DNA of 63,618 nt, the filler included. It is 5 parts of 5 records of this genome, joined end to end, with 100 filler letters (N's around TTAATTAATTAA, not from the genome) between each part and the next. Parts side by side here need not be neighbours in the genome. Positions count along the whole stretch, not along the records: positions 38,570 to 58,317 come from SRR22947725_621; 4 more parts are not named here. One strand, written 5' to 3'. The notes under the pieces are model-generated. The model saw nothing but the letters and a program-made list of their open reading frames with translations, was not told the DNA's origin and made no database searches. The position numbers were made by a program, and so were the translations under genes. Positions within the stretch are counted from its first letter, which is position 1, and each line of letters starts with the position of its first letter. This document shows, one piece after another, positions 40,687 to 49,745 of this stretch.

Positions 40687-40943
40687 GAAACGACTCTTTA
40701 TGGTCTCATTAATCTTGTTACTCAAATGCCTTTAGCAAGGGACTTGTAAAAGCAACTGGGATACCGGTACTCATTCCTACTCCAGAGTAGAGCGCTAGGC
40801 TTACCTTAAACTCTACAGTCAAAAAAGGCCGCAGCTCCGAAAGAATCGCAGAGAAGAAATAAATAGCTCCAGCTGTTGCAAGAAGTCCATAATACTGGTT
40901 TAGTCTAGCAGTAATAATTCTAAGTTATATAAAGGAATACCAA

Positions 40944-41741
40944 GTGTACAAGTTTTTTGTAATGTTTGTTTTGGCTGCTTTTACTTGTGGCATAACTGCT
41001 CAGGAAAAAAATCCTATTGTCATCATGAAGACAAATCAGGGTGACATTGAAATCGAAATGCTTAAGGATGCTGCTCCCAAAACAGTACAGAATTTCATCG
41101 AGTTGGCCGAAGGAACAAAAGAAGTTAATGGTAAGAAAATTGATAAGCCATTTTACGATGGTTTGATTTTTCACCGAGTGATCAAAGATTTTATGATTCA
41201 AGGCGGTTGCCCACTTGGTACAGGTACTGGTGATGCCGGTTATAAGTTTGATGATGAGATTAGTGCTAAAGCTCTTGGTTTAGATAAAGAAAAGGCAATG
41301 ACTGACAAAGGGCCTCATAAGGGCCTGATGATTCGCAGTCAACAAGATTTTCAACGTCACCTTCTTATGCCACTTTACACAAAGCTCGGTATCAACTCTC
41401 AGGAAACTTTCGAAGCTAAAAAAGCAGATCTTCAAAAAGCTGTTGAAGCATTGACTATCGAAGATGTTTTTAAGAATCAAGGTTATAAATATGAGGATGG
41501 CCTCAAGTCTGTACCGGCAAAGAAAGGCTTTTTGGCGATGGCAAACTCTGGTCCAAATACAAATGGCTCACAATTTTTCATTAACCTCGCTGACACTCCA
41601 TGGTTAAATGGTAAGCATACTGTATTTGGTAAAGTTGTTAGTGGTATGGACATTGTCGAAAAAATAGGCACTACTAAAACAGCCTCTGGCGACAAGCCAG
41701 AAGAAGACGTTAAGATTATTTCTGTTCGCTTAAAGAAGTAA
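40944..41741 (+). CDS. Secreted cyclophilin-type peptidyl-prolyl isomerase with an internal insertion
   Basis: APKTV.NF, FYDGL.FHRVIKDFMIQGG, AMANSGPNTNGSQFFI, WLNGKHTVFG; signal peptide. Confidence 0.95.
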   Translation: MYKFFVMFVLAAFTCGITAQEKNPIVIMKTNQGDIEIEMLKDAAPKTVQNFIELAEGTKEVNGKKIDKPFYDGLIFHRVIKDFMIQGGCPLGTGTGDAGYKFDDEISAKALGLDKEKAMTDKGPHKGLMIRSQQDFQRHLLMPLYTKLGINSQETFEAKKADLQKAVEALTIEDVFKNQGYKYEDGLKSVPAKKGFLAMANSGPNTNGSQFFINLADTPWLNGKHTVFGKVVSGMDIVEKIGTTKTASGDKPEEDVKIISVRLKK

Positions 41742-41766
41742 GTTTTTAAAAAGGGCCGGTCATATT

Positions 41767-42492
41767 ATGCAGTTAGTCGCCTCTGGCATTTGCAAAACAT
41801 TTGCACCGCATAGACAGGTCCTGAAAAATATAGATGTCTCACTGAATGATGGTGAGATTGTTTCTCTCCTCGGCCCATCTGGCTGCGGTAAATCGACCCT
41901 TTTAAGAATTCTTGCTGGACTCGAAAGCCAAGACTCGGGCGAGTTCAACATACACTCAGAGTTCAGTTTTGTTTTTCAACAGCCAATGTTGATGGAGTGG
42001 CGCACAGTATTAGCCAATACAGCCCTGCCTTTAGAAATTCAAAAAGTAAATTCAGAAGATATTCGTTCTCGTTGTCAGTCGGTATTAAAAATGGTTGGTT
42101 TAGGTGAGAATCTTAAAGATTATCCGGATCAACTTTCAGGCGGTATGCAAATGCGTGTTTCCTTAGCGAGAGCTTTGGTCACCGAACCCAAAATTTTGTT
42201 TTTGGATGAACCTTTCGCAGCATTAGATGAAATGACTCGTGAACGTCTAAACCTCGAAGTATTAAAGCTGAAATCCCAATCGGGTATATCTGCACTTTTC
42301 GTGACTCACAATATATTTGAAGCTGTTTTTATGAGTGATAGAATTTTAGTGATGGGGACAAACCCCGCAGAAGTCATTGAGGAAATAACTGTCGACTTCA
42401 AGCAAAGCAGGACACCAGAACTAAAATCAACTGCAGAATTTGCCAGTTGTGTAGGAAAGGTTCAAAAAGCTTTGAGGCAGGCTCATGACTGA
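41767..42492 (+). CDS. ABC transporter ATPase (TauB/SsuB-like)
   Basis: GPSGCGKST, LSGGMQMR, LDEPF.ALD, VTH. Confidence 0.93.
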   Translation: MQLVASGICKTFAPHRQVLKNIDVSLNDGEIVSLLGPSGCGKSTLLRILAGLESQDSGEFNIHSEFSFVFQQPMLMEWRTVLANTALPLEIQKVNSEDIRSRCQSVLKMVGLGENLKDYPDQLSGGMQMRVSLARALVTEPKILFLDEPFAALDEMTRERLNLEVLKLKSQSGISALFVTHNIFEAVFMSDRILVMGTNPAEVIEEITVDFKQSRTPELKSTAEFASCVGKVQKALRQAHD

Positions 42493-43264
42493 TAAGCTGA
42501 AAACATTTGTCGCCCCCTTATTCTTCTTAGTGATGATTATACTGATCATGGAAGGGGCGACTAAAGCATTTGGTTTGAGCCCTATACTGTTACCACCACC
42601 TTCATCGATTATTCAGTCTGGACTCGATAATTTTTCAGAACTGTTTTATGCAGGATTGAACTCTTTTATGATAGCGCTTTCAGGATTTGTTTTGAGTTTG
42701 ATTTTTGGGACTCTGATCGCCTTGATTATGGCGCAATCGCGGATCATTGAAAACAGTCTTTATCCTTATGCCATATTTTTTCAATGTGTTCCTATAGTTG
42801 CCTTGGCCCCCATCTTTATACTGTGGTTTGGTTACGGTGCGCCGGCGATGATCATTATCTCATTTGTTATTTCTTTATTTCCGATCATAACCTCAACAGT
42901 GAATGGCTTGACCAGTGTCAAAAAAGAATATTTAGAAATGATGCAACTCTATGGCGCTAGTCGCTTCCAGCTTCTTTTAAAAGTTCGCTTTCCAAGTGCA
43001 GTGCCTTATATGGTAACAGGGGCTCGGGTTTCTGCTGGTTTGTCTGTTGTTGGCGCGATTATTGGCGAGTACTTTGCCGGTTTATCTGGTAAGGCGAGGG
43101 GATTGGCTTACTTGATTCGCAGCAATGAGCAAAATGCCGATTTTCCATATTTATTTGCGACGACTGTTGCAGCTGCTATCCTTGGCGGAGTCATTTTTCT
43201 CCTAACAGGTTTAGTGTGTAATTTCATTATTAAAAAAGGTCATTTTCAGGAACGAAATTTATGA
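42485..43264 (+). CDS. ABC transporter permease (NitT/TauT family)
   Basis: LPPPS, P..ALAP....WFG.G, FFP-like, GA..GE motifs. Confidence 0.9.
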   Translation: MTDKLKTFVAPLFFLVMIILIMEGATKAFGLSPILLPPPSSIIQSGLDNFSELFYAGLNSFMIALSGFVLSLIFGTLIALIMAQSRIIENSLYPYAIFFQCVPIVALAPIFILWFGYGAPAMIIISFVISLFPIITSTVNGLTSVKKEYLEMMQLYGASRFQLLLKVRFPSAVPYMVTGARVSAGLSVVGAIIGEYFAGLSGKARGLAYLIRSNEQNADFPYLFATTVAAAILGGVIFLLTGLVCNFIIKKGHFQERNL

Positions 43265-44175
43265 AGTATCTCATTCTTATAGTTTTAGTTTTTTTGTCAT
43301 CTTGTTCTAAGAAAGAACCCGTAAATACCGGCCTTCAGAAAATCACCTTGCAGCTCAATTGGTTCCCGGAAGCGGAGCATGGAGGGTACTATGAAGCTCA
43401 GCAAAAAGGTTACTATAAAGAAGTTGGTTTGGATGTAGAGATTATTCCCGGTGGACCTGGAGTGAGAGTAGAAAGTGAAACGGCTCTTGGTAGAGTTCAT
43501 TTCGGCATCGCAAATGCCGATAAAATTTTGACCGTACGCGATAAAAAGATGGACTTGGTCGCTCTTATGTCGCCCTTTAAAGACAGCCCACGTTGCCTCA
43601 TGTCACACAGCGAAAGCGGCATTCTAAAATTTGAGGATTTAGCCAAAACAAAAGTTCTAATAGTTAATAACACCAAACCTTACTATAAATGGTTAACCCA
43701 GAAGTTTCCGGCTTTAAAGGATGTCGATACCATTCCTTATAATAAGGCCAGTTTTATGACCAATAAAGCAAGCATTATGCAAGCTTATGTAAATAGTGAG
43801 CCACTCATTATGAATGAGAAGGGTATAAAGGTCAATGTCCTAAAGGTTTCAGATACTGGTTTTAACCCTTATACATCCGTTCTTATAACGAATCGTCAGT
43901 TACTTAAAGAAAACTCAGAGCTTGTCGAGAAAGTTAAAAAAGCATCTGTTAAAGGGTGGCTAAGTTACCTTAAAAGTCCAGAACAAACCAATGCTCATAT
44001 AGAAAAGGTGAATCCGGCCAATAAGGGTACTCTAAATGAAAGTACGCAAGCCATGCTTGAATTGATGAGCCCCCAAGATGAAAAATTTGGTCAAATGGAT
44101 GCCGAGCGTTGGCAGGAACTCGCCGAGCAACTTTTAGGTTTGGGAATCATCAAAGAAATTCCACAGAGCTTTTAA
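43261..44175 (+). CDS. ABC substrate-binding lipoprotein, NMT1/THI5-like
   Basis: Lipobox LSSC; L.LNWFPEAEHGGYY...KGYY...GLDV. Confidence 0.85.
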   Translation: MKYLILIVLVFLSSCSKKEPVNTGLQKITLQLNWFPEAEHGGYYEAQQKGYYKEVGLDVEIIPGGPGVRVESETALGRVHFGIANADKILTVRDKKMDLVALMSPFKDSPRCLMSHSESGILKFEDLAKTKVLIVNNTKPYYKWLTQKFPALKDVDTIPYNKASFMTNKASIMQAYVNSEPLIMNEKGIKVNVLKVSDTGFNPYTSVLITNRQLLKENSELVEKVKKASVKGWLSYLKSPEQTNAHIEKVNPANKGTLNESTQAMLELMSPQDEKFGQMDAERWQELAEQLLGLGIIKEIPQSF

Positions 44176-44208
44176 GAAGCATAGCGCTACACTTTTTTAA
44201 AAGCGAAA

Positions 44209-44889
44209 TTACTCGGCTTCCCAGATCTTTATGTGGTCTATATAAACAGCACTTCCTTTGTTGCCAACCAGATTGATTTTACCGCGTCTGGGTTTGGTGA
44301 GGAAACTGTCGCTGGAGCCCTTCAAAGTAGGGCCACCTTCGATTTGGACACAGAAGTTCTTGCCCTTTATTTCCATAAGAAAAGTACAGTAGCTATCTTT
44401 TCCAAGGGTCCAGGGATCTTCGGCCAGTGTTTCTGTGTTAATATTTGCATACATGATCGTTTTATCCAACTTAAAGTTGATGCGGGCATTATGCGTACCC
44501 AGCTCAATCATGCGACAGAATGAATAATTGAGGTCTTGCCCTCCAGTAAATTTCACACTCATTTCAATGATGGTGTGGTTGGGAGTCTTGTAGAAGTTAA
44601 GGCGTGGATATTGTCCATTGTGAGAACGGCCCGCTTTTTTGTTTCCTTTGTCTTTTTGTTCTGCGGCAATTTGTTTACGGGTTTCATCGCTTGTCGGTCG
44701 CCCAACGACTTTACCGTTTTCTACCTGCCATGTCGTTTTTTGAACAGTCTTCCACTTTTCGGGATCAAGAGGCTTGTTGTTTTCGAAGTCTCGAGCAAAA
44801 ACGAGCTTGCCTTTTTGACTGATGAGAGGGTCTAGAGCTTGCGATGAAAGCGTTAAGGTCGTTAAGAGTAGGCTGAAAAATTTAATCAT
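44209..44889 (-). CDS. Secreted protein with probable concanavalin-A-like (DUF1080-like) beta-sandwich
   Basis: Signal peptide, G.LVF..DFE, WQVENG.V.G, C-terminal V.ID.IKIW. Confidence 0.6.
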   Translation of the reverse strand: MIKFFSLLLTTLTLSSQALDPLISQKGKLVFARDFENNKPLDPEKWKTVQKTTWQVENGKVVGRPTSDETRKQIAAEQKDKGNKKAGRSHNGQYPRLNFYKTPNHTIIEMSVKFTGGQDLNYSFCRMIELGTHNARINFKLDKTIMYANINTETLAEDPWTLGKDSYCTFLMEIKGKNFCVQIEGGPTLKGSSDSFLTKPRRGKINLVGNKGSAVYIDHIKIWEAE

Positions 44890-44944
44890 GTTTATTCCTC
44901 GATAATTATCAAGCAATTCGCACGTGACTTAAAGAACCTAATAG

Positions 44945-46933
44945 CTAGTTGACTTTAATGATCTTAATTTTGGAGTTTAGTTTGCCGTCAAAGTGACTGG
45001 AATTGGTATGGATTTCTTTAAGGCTCTTTAATTTACGAATTTCCTGAGGGGGGATACGCATATCCTTGGCGATTAAAGCGTCGATCGGTGCTGCCGAGAG
45101 AACACCAACGTCTTTTACATGAGTACCTGATATATCGAGCTTATTAATTGCTAAGAGCCTTAAAGCTTCGATGGAGACTAATTGGCTGTACCCAGAAAGG
45201 TCGATACTGAGTTTACCATCAGCAGTCTTTTCATACTTCAGTTGAAAGCCATTATTCAATCTAGGGTTCATTTGTTTTAAAGTGAAATTAGCAATTTCCA
45301 TCTTCTGTTGAAGGCTATAATATTGTTCGAGGTAGGCCGCATTGGCGAGGTACTTGACGTATGGTCTGGGAGGCTTATCTGGTGTATAGAGGTTCTGGGA
45401 GTCTTTGAGGAAGTTTAACAGCTGGGTAACAGGAAGTCTAAGTTCATCATCCTTTTTAATATTTAAGTATTTATCAAGTACTAAACGATGCTTCCTTGGG
45501 AAAGAGTGGTTCCCCGGCAGGGATTTAAAGAGCTTATTCGCTTCATCGAATTTTTGCGTCATGAACAAGAAGTGAGCTTTGTATCTAAAAGCCTCATGGT
45601 TTTCTGGATCGAGAGAAACGGCCATTTCAATATTGTTAAAAGCTGATGCGAATTTGAAGTTTAAAAAGTCATCGATCGCGACTTTTAAAAATCGAGGGCT
45701 GGCGCTTTTGCTTATTTCTTCACGCTTTTGCCTGGCTTCATCAGCTAGTTTTTTTTGTGATACAGCTTCTGATTTCTGTTCTTCTGCTATTTGTCGTTGA
45801 TGGATGGCGTTATTCCTTTGAGTCTCAGCTCTTTCTTTTTCTTGATAAATCTTTAAAGTGAAAATGAGAGAGCCACACAGAATAAGCGCGAGTAAAGCAC
45901 TGACTTGTTTATGCCTTTTAAGTAGATATAAAAACGATTTTAAGAAACTATTTTTTTCAGCCGATGTCATGAACCCACCCTGAAACTTCTTGAGGTCATT
46001 TTTTAGATCTGCAACACAGAGGTAGCGTTCAGCCTTATCGACTGCCAGGGCTTTATAAATAATAGATTCTAAACTTGAAGGGGTGTGGCCTTGTTTGTTT
46101 GGGCTTAAGGTCACTTCTTGTAGAGTTGATTTTAAAACGCCTTCAAGTTTTGAACCTGGGTGAAGTTTTTCCAAATAAAGCATTTCATAGAGTAGGGCGC
46201 CGAGTGCGTAGATGTCACTTTGCTCATCAGTGAGGCCAATAGTTTTATCAATTTGTTCGGGAGACATATAGCCAGGAGTTCCCTTGATATAACCATCCAA
46301 GGTCTGTAACGCCGATGCTTTATCTTTGTAGAGTGAGTCTAGCTCTGCACCTTCCTCACCAGTAACTTTTGCCAACCCCCAATCGCCGACGAGAACTTCA
46401 CCGAACTCACCTAGATAAATATTTTCCGGCTTGAGGTCTCTATGGATAATTCCATTGGAATGGGCAAAGGCCATAGCATCACAAATTTTACTAAATATCT
46501 CCAGCCTTTGCTGATAGTCGTGGTTTTCGTTGCTTTGTGAGTCCAAGAAAGTTTTTAAAGTATCTTGGCCGACGGGTTTCATGGTAAAAAAAGCTTCACC
46601 TTGTTCATTATAACCCGCATCATAAACCGGAATGATATTCGGATGTTGTAGTCTTGCTGTCAGCCTCGCTTCGAGAAAAAATTGCTCTGTTTGGTCGAGG
46701 TCATTTACTTCTATGAGTTTGGCGAGGGCTACTTTTCGATCTGTGACGGCGTCTTGGGCCAAAGTAACCTGTTTCATGGCACCTTGGCCAAGTTTAGAAC
46801 CTTCTTGGTAACGCTCGTCGCGTTTCATCTCTCGACTTATGGGGAAGTCATTTTCAGGGTCGTCATCTTCCAGCATTTTACTGATGTTCGGAATGACTTT
46901 CATGTATTGATGTTCCGGTTCCAGGTCGGACAT
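44945..46933 (-). CDS. Membrane Ser/Thr protein kinase (WNK-like lysine placement) with TM, coiled coil, TPR-like and LRR-like C-terminus
   Basis: GQGAMK, EAR..ARLQHPNI, HRDLKPEN, DWG, GTPGYMSPEQ, DIYALG; TM VSALLALILCGSLIFTL; LDISGT-type repeats. Confidence 0.92.
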   Translation of the reverse strand: MSDLEPEHQYMKVIPNISKMLEDDDPENDFPISREMKRDERYQEGSKLGQGAMKQVTLAQDAVTDRKVALAKLIEVNDLDQTEQFFLEARLTARLQHPNIIPVYDAGYNEQGEAFFTMKPVGQDTLKTFLDSQSNENHDYQQRLEIFSKICDAMAFAHSNGIIHRDLKPENIYLGEFGEVLVGDWGLAKVTGEEGAELDSLYKDKASALQTLDGYIKGTPGYMSPEQIDKTIGLTDEQSDIYALGALLYEMLYLEKLHPGSKLEGVLKSTLQEVTLSPNKQGHTPSSLESIIYKALAVDKAERYLCVADLKNDLKKFQGGFMTSAEKNSFLKSFLYLLKRHKQVSALLALILCGSLIFTLKIYQEKERAETQRNNAIHQRQIAEEQKSEAVSQKKLADEARQKREEISKSASPRFLKVAIDDFLNFKFASAFNNIEMAVSLDPENHEAFRYKAHFLFMTQKFDEANKLFKSLPGNHSFPRKHRLVLDKYLNIKKDDELRLPVTQLLNFLKDSQNLYTPDKPPRPYVKYLANAAYLEQYYSLQQKMEIANFTLKQMNPRLNNGFQLKYEKTADGKLSIDLSGYSQLVSIEALRLLAINKLDISGTHVKDVGVLSAAPIDALIAKDMRIPPQEIRKLKSLKEIHTNSSHFDGKLNSKIKIIKVN

Positions 46934-46934
46934 A

Positions 46935-47534
46935 CTAGCCTTCCAGGTCGTTTTGTAAGCGTCTTAATTCATCTTTAAGTTTAGTGCGAATGCGTTTGCG
47001 GTAAACATAAACAACATCGGGCTGTAACTCATATTCTTTTTCAAGGTCTTTGGCTTTTTCTCCTGCTGCCATACGCATGAATATTTCGATGGACTTCTCG
47101 GAGAAGTGTGGCTTGATATTGGCTAACGCTTTTGTCGTGAGGTAATCATTCCATTCAGCATTGGCAATGGCCTCTATCTCAGGGAGTTTTGAGGTCCAGC
47201 TTTCTTCTTTAAAGTTTTCTTTGAGCTTGTTTGAAGAAGCGACTTTGCGAAAGAAGTCGATGGAAGTGTTTTGAATAATGCGGCATAGCCAACTGCGAAA
47301 GCGTTTAGTCTCATCGTAATCAAAGTCTGGGAATTTCTTCCACAATTTGAGCAGTACCTGTTGGACGATATCGTTGGCATCGTGATGGCTGAGGTTCATT
47401 TTACAGCAAATGAGGTAAATGAAGTCTTTGTAATAATGAACAAATTCATCCCATGTCTTCTCATCGCGTTGTTGAGTGATGCGATGTAGAAGGGTGGCTC
47501 TTGTTAAATAAGTTTCGTTTAAATCTTTATCCAT
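46935..47534 (-). CDS. ECF sigma-70 factor of the PVC kinase-associated type
   Basis: TRATLL, W.EFV..Y, DANDIVQ, FRSWL, VY....R motifs; 1 nt from the kinase start. Confidence 0.9.
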   Translation of the reverse strand: MDKDLNETYLTRATLLHRITQQRDEKTWDEFVHYYKDFIYLICCKMNLSHHDANDIVQQVLLKLWKKFPDFDYDETKRFRSWLCRIIQNTSIDFFRKVASSNKLKENFKEESWTSKLPEIEAIANAEWNDYLTTKALANIKPHFSEKSIEIFMRMAAGEKAKDLEKEYELQPDVVYVYRKRIRTKLKDELRRLQNDLEG

Positions 47535-47809
47535 ATTTAAAGGGTATTCCTTTTGAGAAATGAATGCAAGAAGGATGAGCTTAAGCGGTCCGTAAAGATT
47601 CATAGAATTCTATATGTTTATACAACGTCAAATACGACAGCCTTTTTGACATAGGGACACAAAAGCCCAATAATAACTAATGAGATTTTCCTTATTCATT
47701 CAAACTGTCATTGTAAATATCGGTGTTTCTAGTTGAGACCTAGACATGTTTGTTTAATTTTTTCGACTACTATGTAAGAAAGGTAATTAGCTTTAAAGAA
47801 GGGGGTTGA

Positions 47810-48667
47810 GTGTTTAGAATTATATTATTTTTGTTATTATGTTCAGTGACTTATGGCGAAGAATTTAAGTTTGCCGTTCTTGCTGATTGTCAATATTGTG
47901 ACCAGCCCGATAATGGTAGCCGTAAGTATAAAAGTTCTTTGGGGCGTCTAAGTCTTTGCGTCAAGGAATTAAACAAACATGACCTTAAGTTTACGGTTCA
48001 TCTTGGGGACTTAATCGATAAAAGCTTTATAAGCTTTGAACCTGTTCTCAATGTTTTGAAGAAATCCACAGCAGATGTTCACCACGTTCTGGGGAATCAT
48101 GATTTTTCTGTGAAAGATGAATTAAAAGAAAAGGTGCCGGCAACACTCAATATGCCTGCAAAATATTATTCGGTGAAAGTTAATAATTGGCGTTTTATCA
48201 TGTTAGACGGCAATGATGTTAGTTTACATGCGTACCCTAAGAAGAGCGAACAAACTAAAGCCGCTGAGGAGTATTATCGAGACAATAAAATAAAATCACC
48301 TAAGTGGAATGGAGCTATTGGTAAAGAGCAAATGGCTTGGCTTAAAGCTCTTTTAACTGGTGCAGATAGAAGTGATGAAAAAGTTGTGCTGTTTTGTCAC
48401 TTTCCTGTTTTCCCTCAAGACCCTCACAACTTGTGGAATGCAGAAGAATTACTCACACTTTTAGCCAAACATAAATCCGTAAAGGCTTATATTAATGGTC
48501 ATAACCACAAAGGAAAATACGGACAAAAAGATGGTATCCACTACCTAACAGTTAAGGGGATGGTTCAATTCGAAAAGCCGACTTTTTCTGTAGTGTCAGT
48601 GAGTTCTTCAGAATTGAAAATTAAAGGTTATGGCGCTGAAAAAGAGCGTCAATTGAAGCAGCGTTAA
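47810..48667 (+). CDS. Secreted calcineurin-like metallophosphoesterase (ADP-ribose/CDP-alcohol diphosphatase-like)
   Basis: ADCQY, GDLID, GNHD, CHFP, GHNH motifs; signal peptide. Confidence 0.88.
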   Translation: MFRIILFLLLCSVTYGEEFKFAVLADCQYCDQPDNGSRKYKSSLGRLSLCVKELNKHDLKFTVHLGDLIDKSFISFEPVLNVLKKSTADVHHVLGNHDFSVKDELKEKVPATLNMPAKYYSVKVNNWRFIMLDGNDVSLHAYPKKSEQTKAAEEYYRDNKIKSPKWNGAIGKEQMAWLKALLTGADRSDEKVVLFCHFPVFPQDPHNLWNAEELLTLLAKHKSVKAYINGHNHKGKYGQKDGIHYLTVKGMVQFEKPTFSVVSVSSSELKIKGYGAEKERQLKQR

Positions 48668-48675
48668 TATGTTAA

Positions 48676-48748
48676 TTTAGCTCAAGAATATTTAAATGGG
48701 AATCTAGTGAGGGTTTCATAGGAGGCGTGTAAATATTCTTGAGCTAAA
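48676..48748. repeat. Perfect 19-bp inverted repeat with 35-nt spacer
   Basis: TTTAGCTCAAGAATATTTA (48676-48694) and TAAATATTCTTGAGCTAAA (48730-48748). Confidence 0.95.
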
Positions 48749-48776
48749 CAAGCCTGTTTTTAAAAGAAAAGAGAGT

Positions 48777-49289
48777 TTAAAAAGGTAGGCCTTTTTCTGC
48801 ACCTTTAAATTCTAGCTTTTTTACAGATTCCACATCCATTTTGTAGATGAGGACGCATTCTTCTTCTTTATAAAATTTGGGCTCCGTATAAATCCTTCCA
48901 GTGACTTCTATAAGGATATCTTTTAAGTTTTTGACTCCCACTTTACTTCTTGAAAAGATAAAACCGTTTAGATCAGGGACATTGCCAAAACAACAGCTTT
49001 TTTGGTCGGGAGCAAAAAGAAATGAGGTGACTTTGTAGTCTTTGTCATAGGTGGCAGGAACCATAAAACCCTTAATTTTTATTTTCTTGCCATCAAGTAT
49101 CTTAACTTTCTTGGGGATGACTTTCTTTAAAAGAGGAATTTGGTGTTCTTCGGCAAAAAGAGACACTTCTAGAGGGAGCTCAAATGACGTTAGTGTTTTG
49201 AATAAAACTTCTTTGACTGGTTCTTTATCAATTTCTTGGCCTAGTAAAGTTATATTGGCTAATAAAAGGAAAGTTATTAAGAAGCGCAT
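48777..49289 (-). CDS. DUF3299 (ZrgD-like) secreted protein
   Basis: LDGKKIKIKGFMVP and FL......SCCFG..P pattern; last gene of the ABC operon. Confidence 0.75.
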   Translation of the reverse strand: MRFLITFLLLANITLLGQEIDKEPVKEVLFKTLTSFELPLEVSLFAEEHQIPLLKKVIPKKVKILDGKKIKIKGFMVPATYDKDYKVTSFLFAPDQKSCCFGNVPDLNGFIFSRSKVGVKNLKDILIEVTGRIYTEPKFYKEEECVLIYKMDVESVKKLEFKGAEKGLPF

Positions 49290-49745
49290 TTATTTTAGTT
49301 CCAAGTTTATGTTCTCATAATCTATACCCTGAATAGTGATAGAATGCACTAATATACTGGATACTTTATCTTTACTTAAATTTTTAAGCTCAGCGGAAAA
49401 AGTATTGGCATCTCCAGGTTTTTCGCCAGTGAGTTTATTGGTCACAGGAGTTAGAGTTATTTGTTTTTCAGAATCAGCTATCAGAGTGACTTTCATTTCT
49501 TTCTGAGCGATGCGAATTGGTTTTTCGGCACAGCCATCAAAGATGTAAAGCGTAAATTGTCCTTCCTCAATTAACCACTCTAAACTCGCACGATGATCTC
49601 CAATATCAGTAAGCACACCGCCATTTGGCGCTGCATGACCGTGCTCTTCATGATGTCCATTTTGAACTTCTGGAACTTGAGTCGCTTTTTCTTTACAAGA
49701 TGTGAATAAGAAAAACGAAAGAATAATTAGAAGGTATTTCATCAT
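49290..49745 (-). CDS. His-rich lipoprotein, putative metal chaperone
   Basis: Lipobox FTSC; GHHEEHGHAAPNGG.L. Confidence 0.65.
   Translation of the reverse strand: MMKYLLIILSFFLFTSCKEKATQVPEVQNGHHEEHGHAAPNGGVLTDIGDHRASLEWLIEEGQFTLYIFDGCAEKPIRIAQKEMKVTLIADSEKQITLTPVTNKLTGEKPGDANTFSAELKNLSKDKVSSILVHSITIQGIDYENINLELK

Noticed and set aside
40821-40851. Minus-strand hairpin plus U6 as a riboswitch or sRNA terminator
   Set aside because: Stem relies on many G-U pairs and a mismatch, no aptamer is recognisable, and it lies in an apparently decayed coding region.
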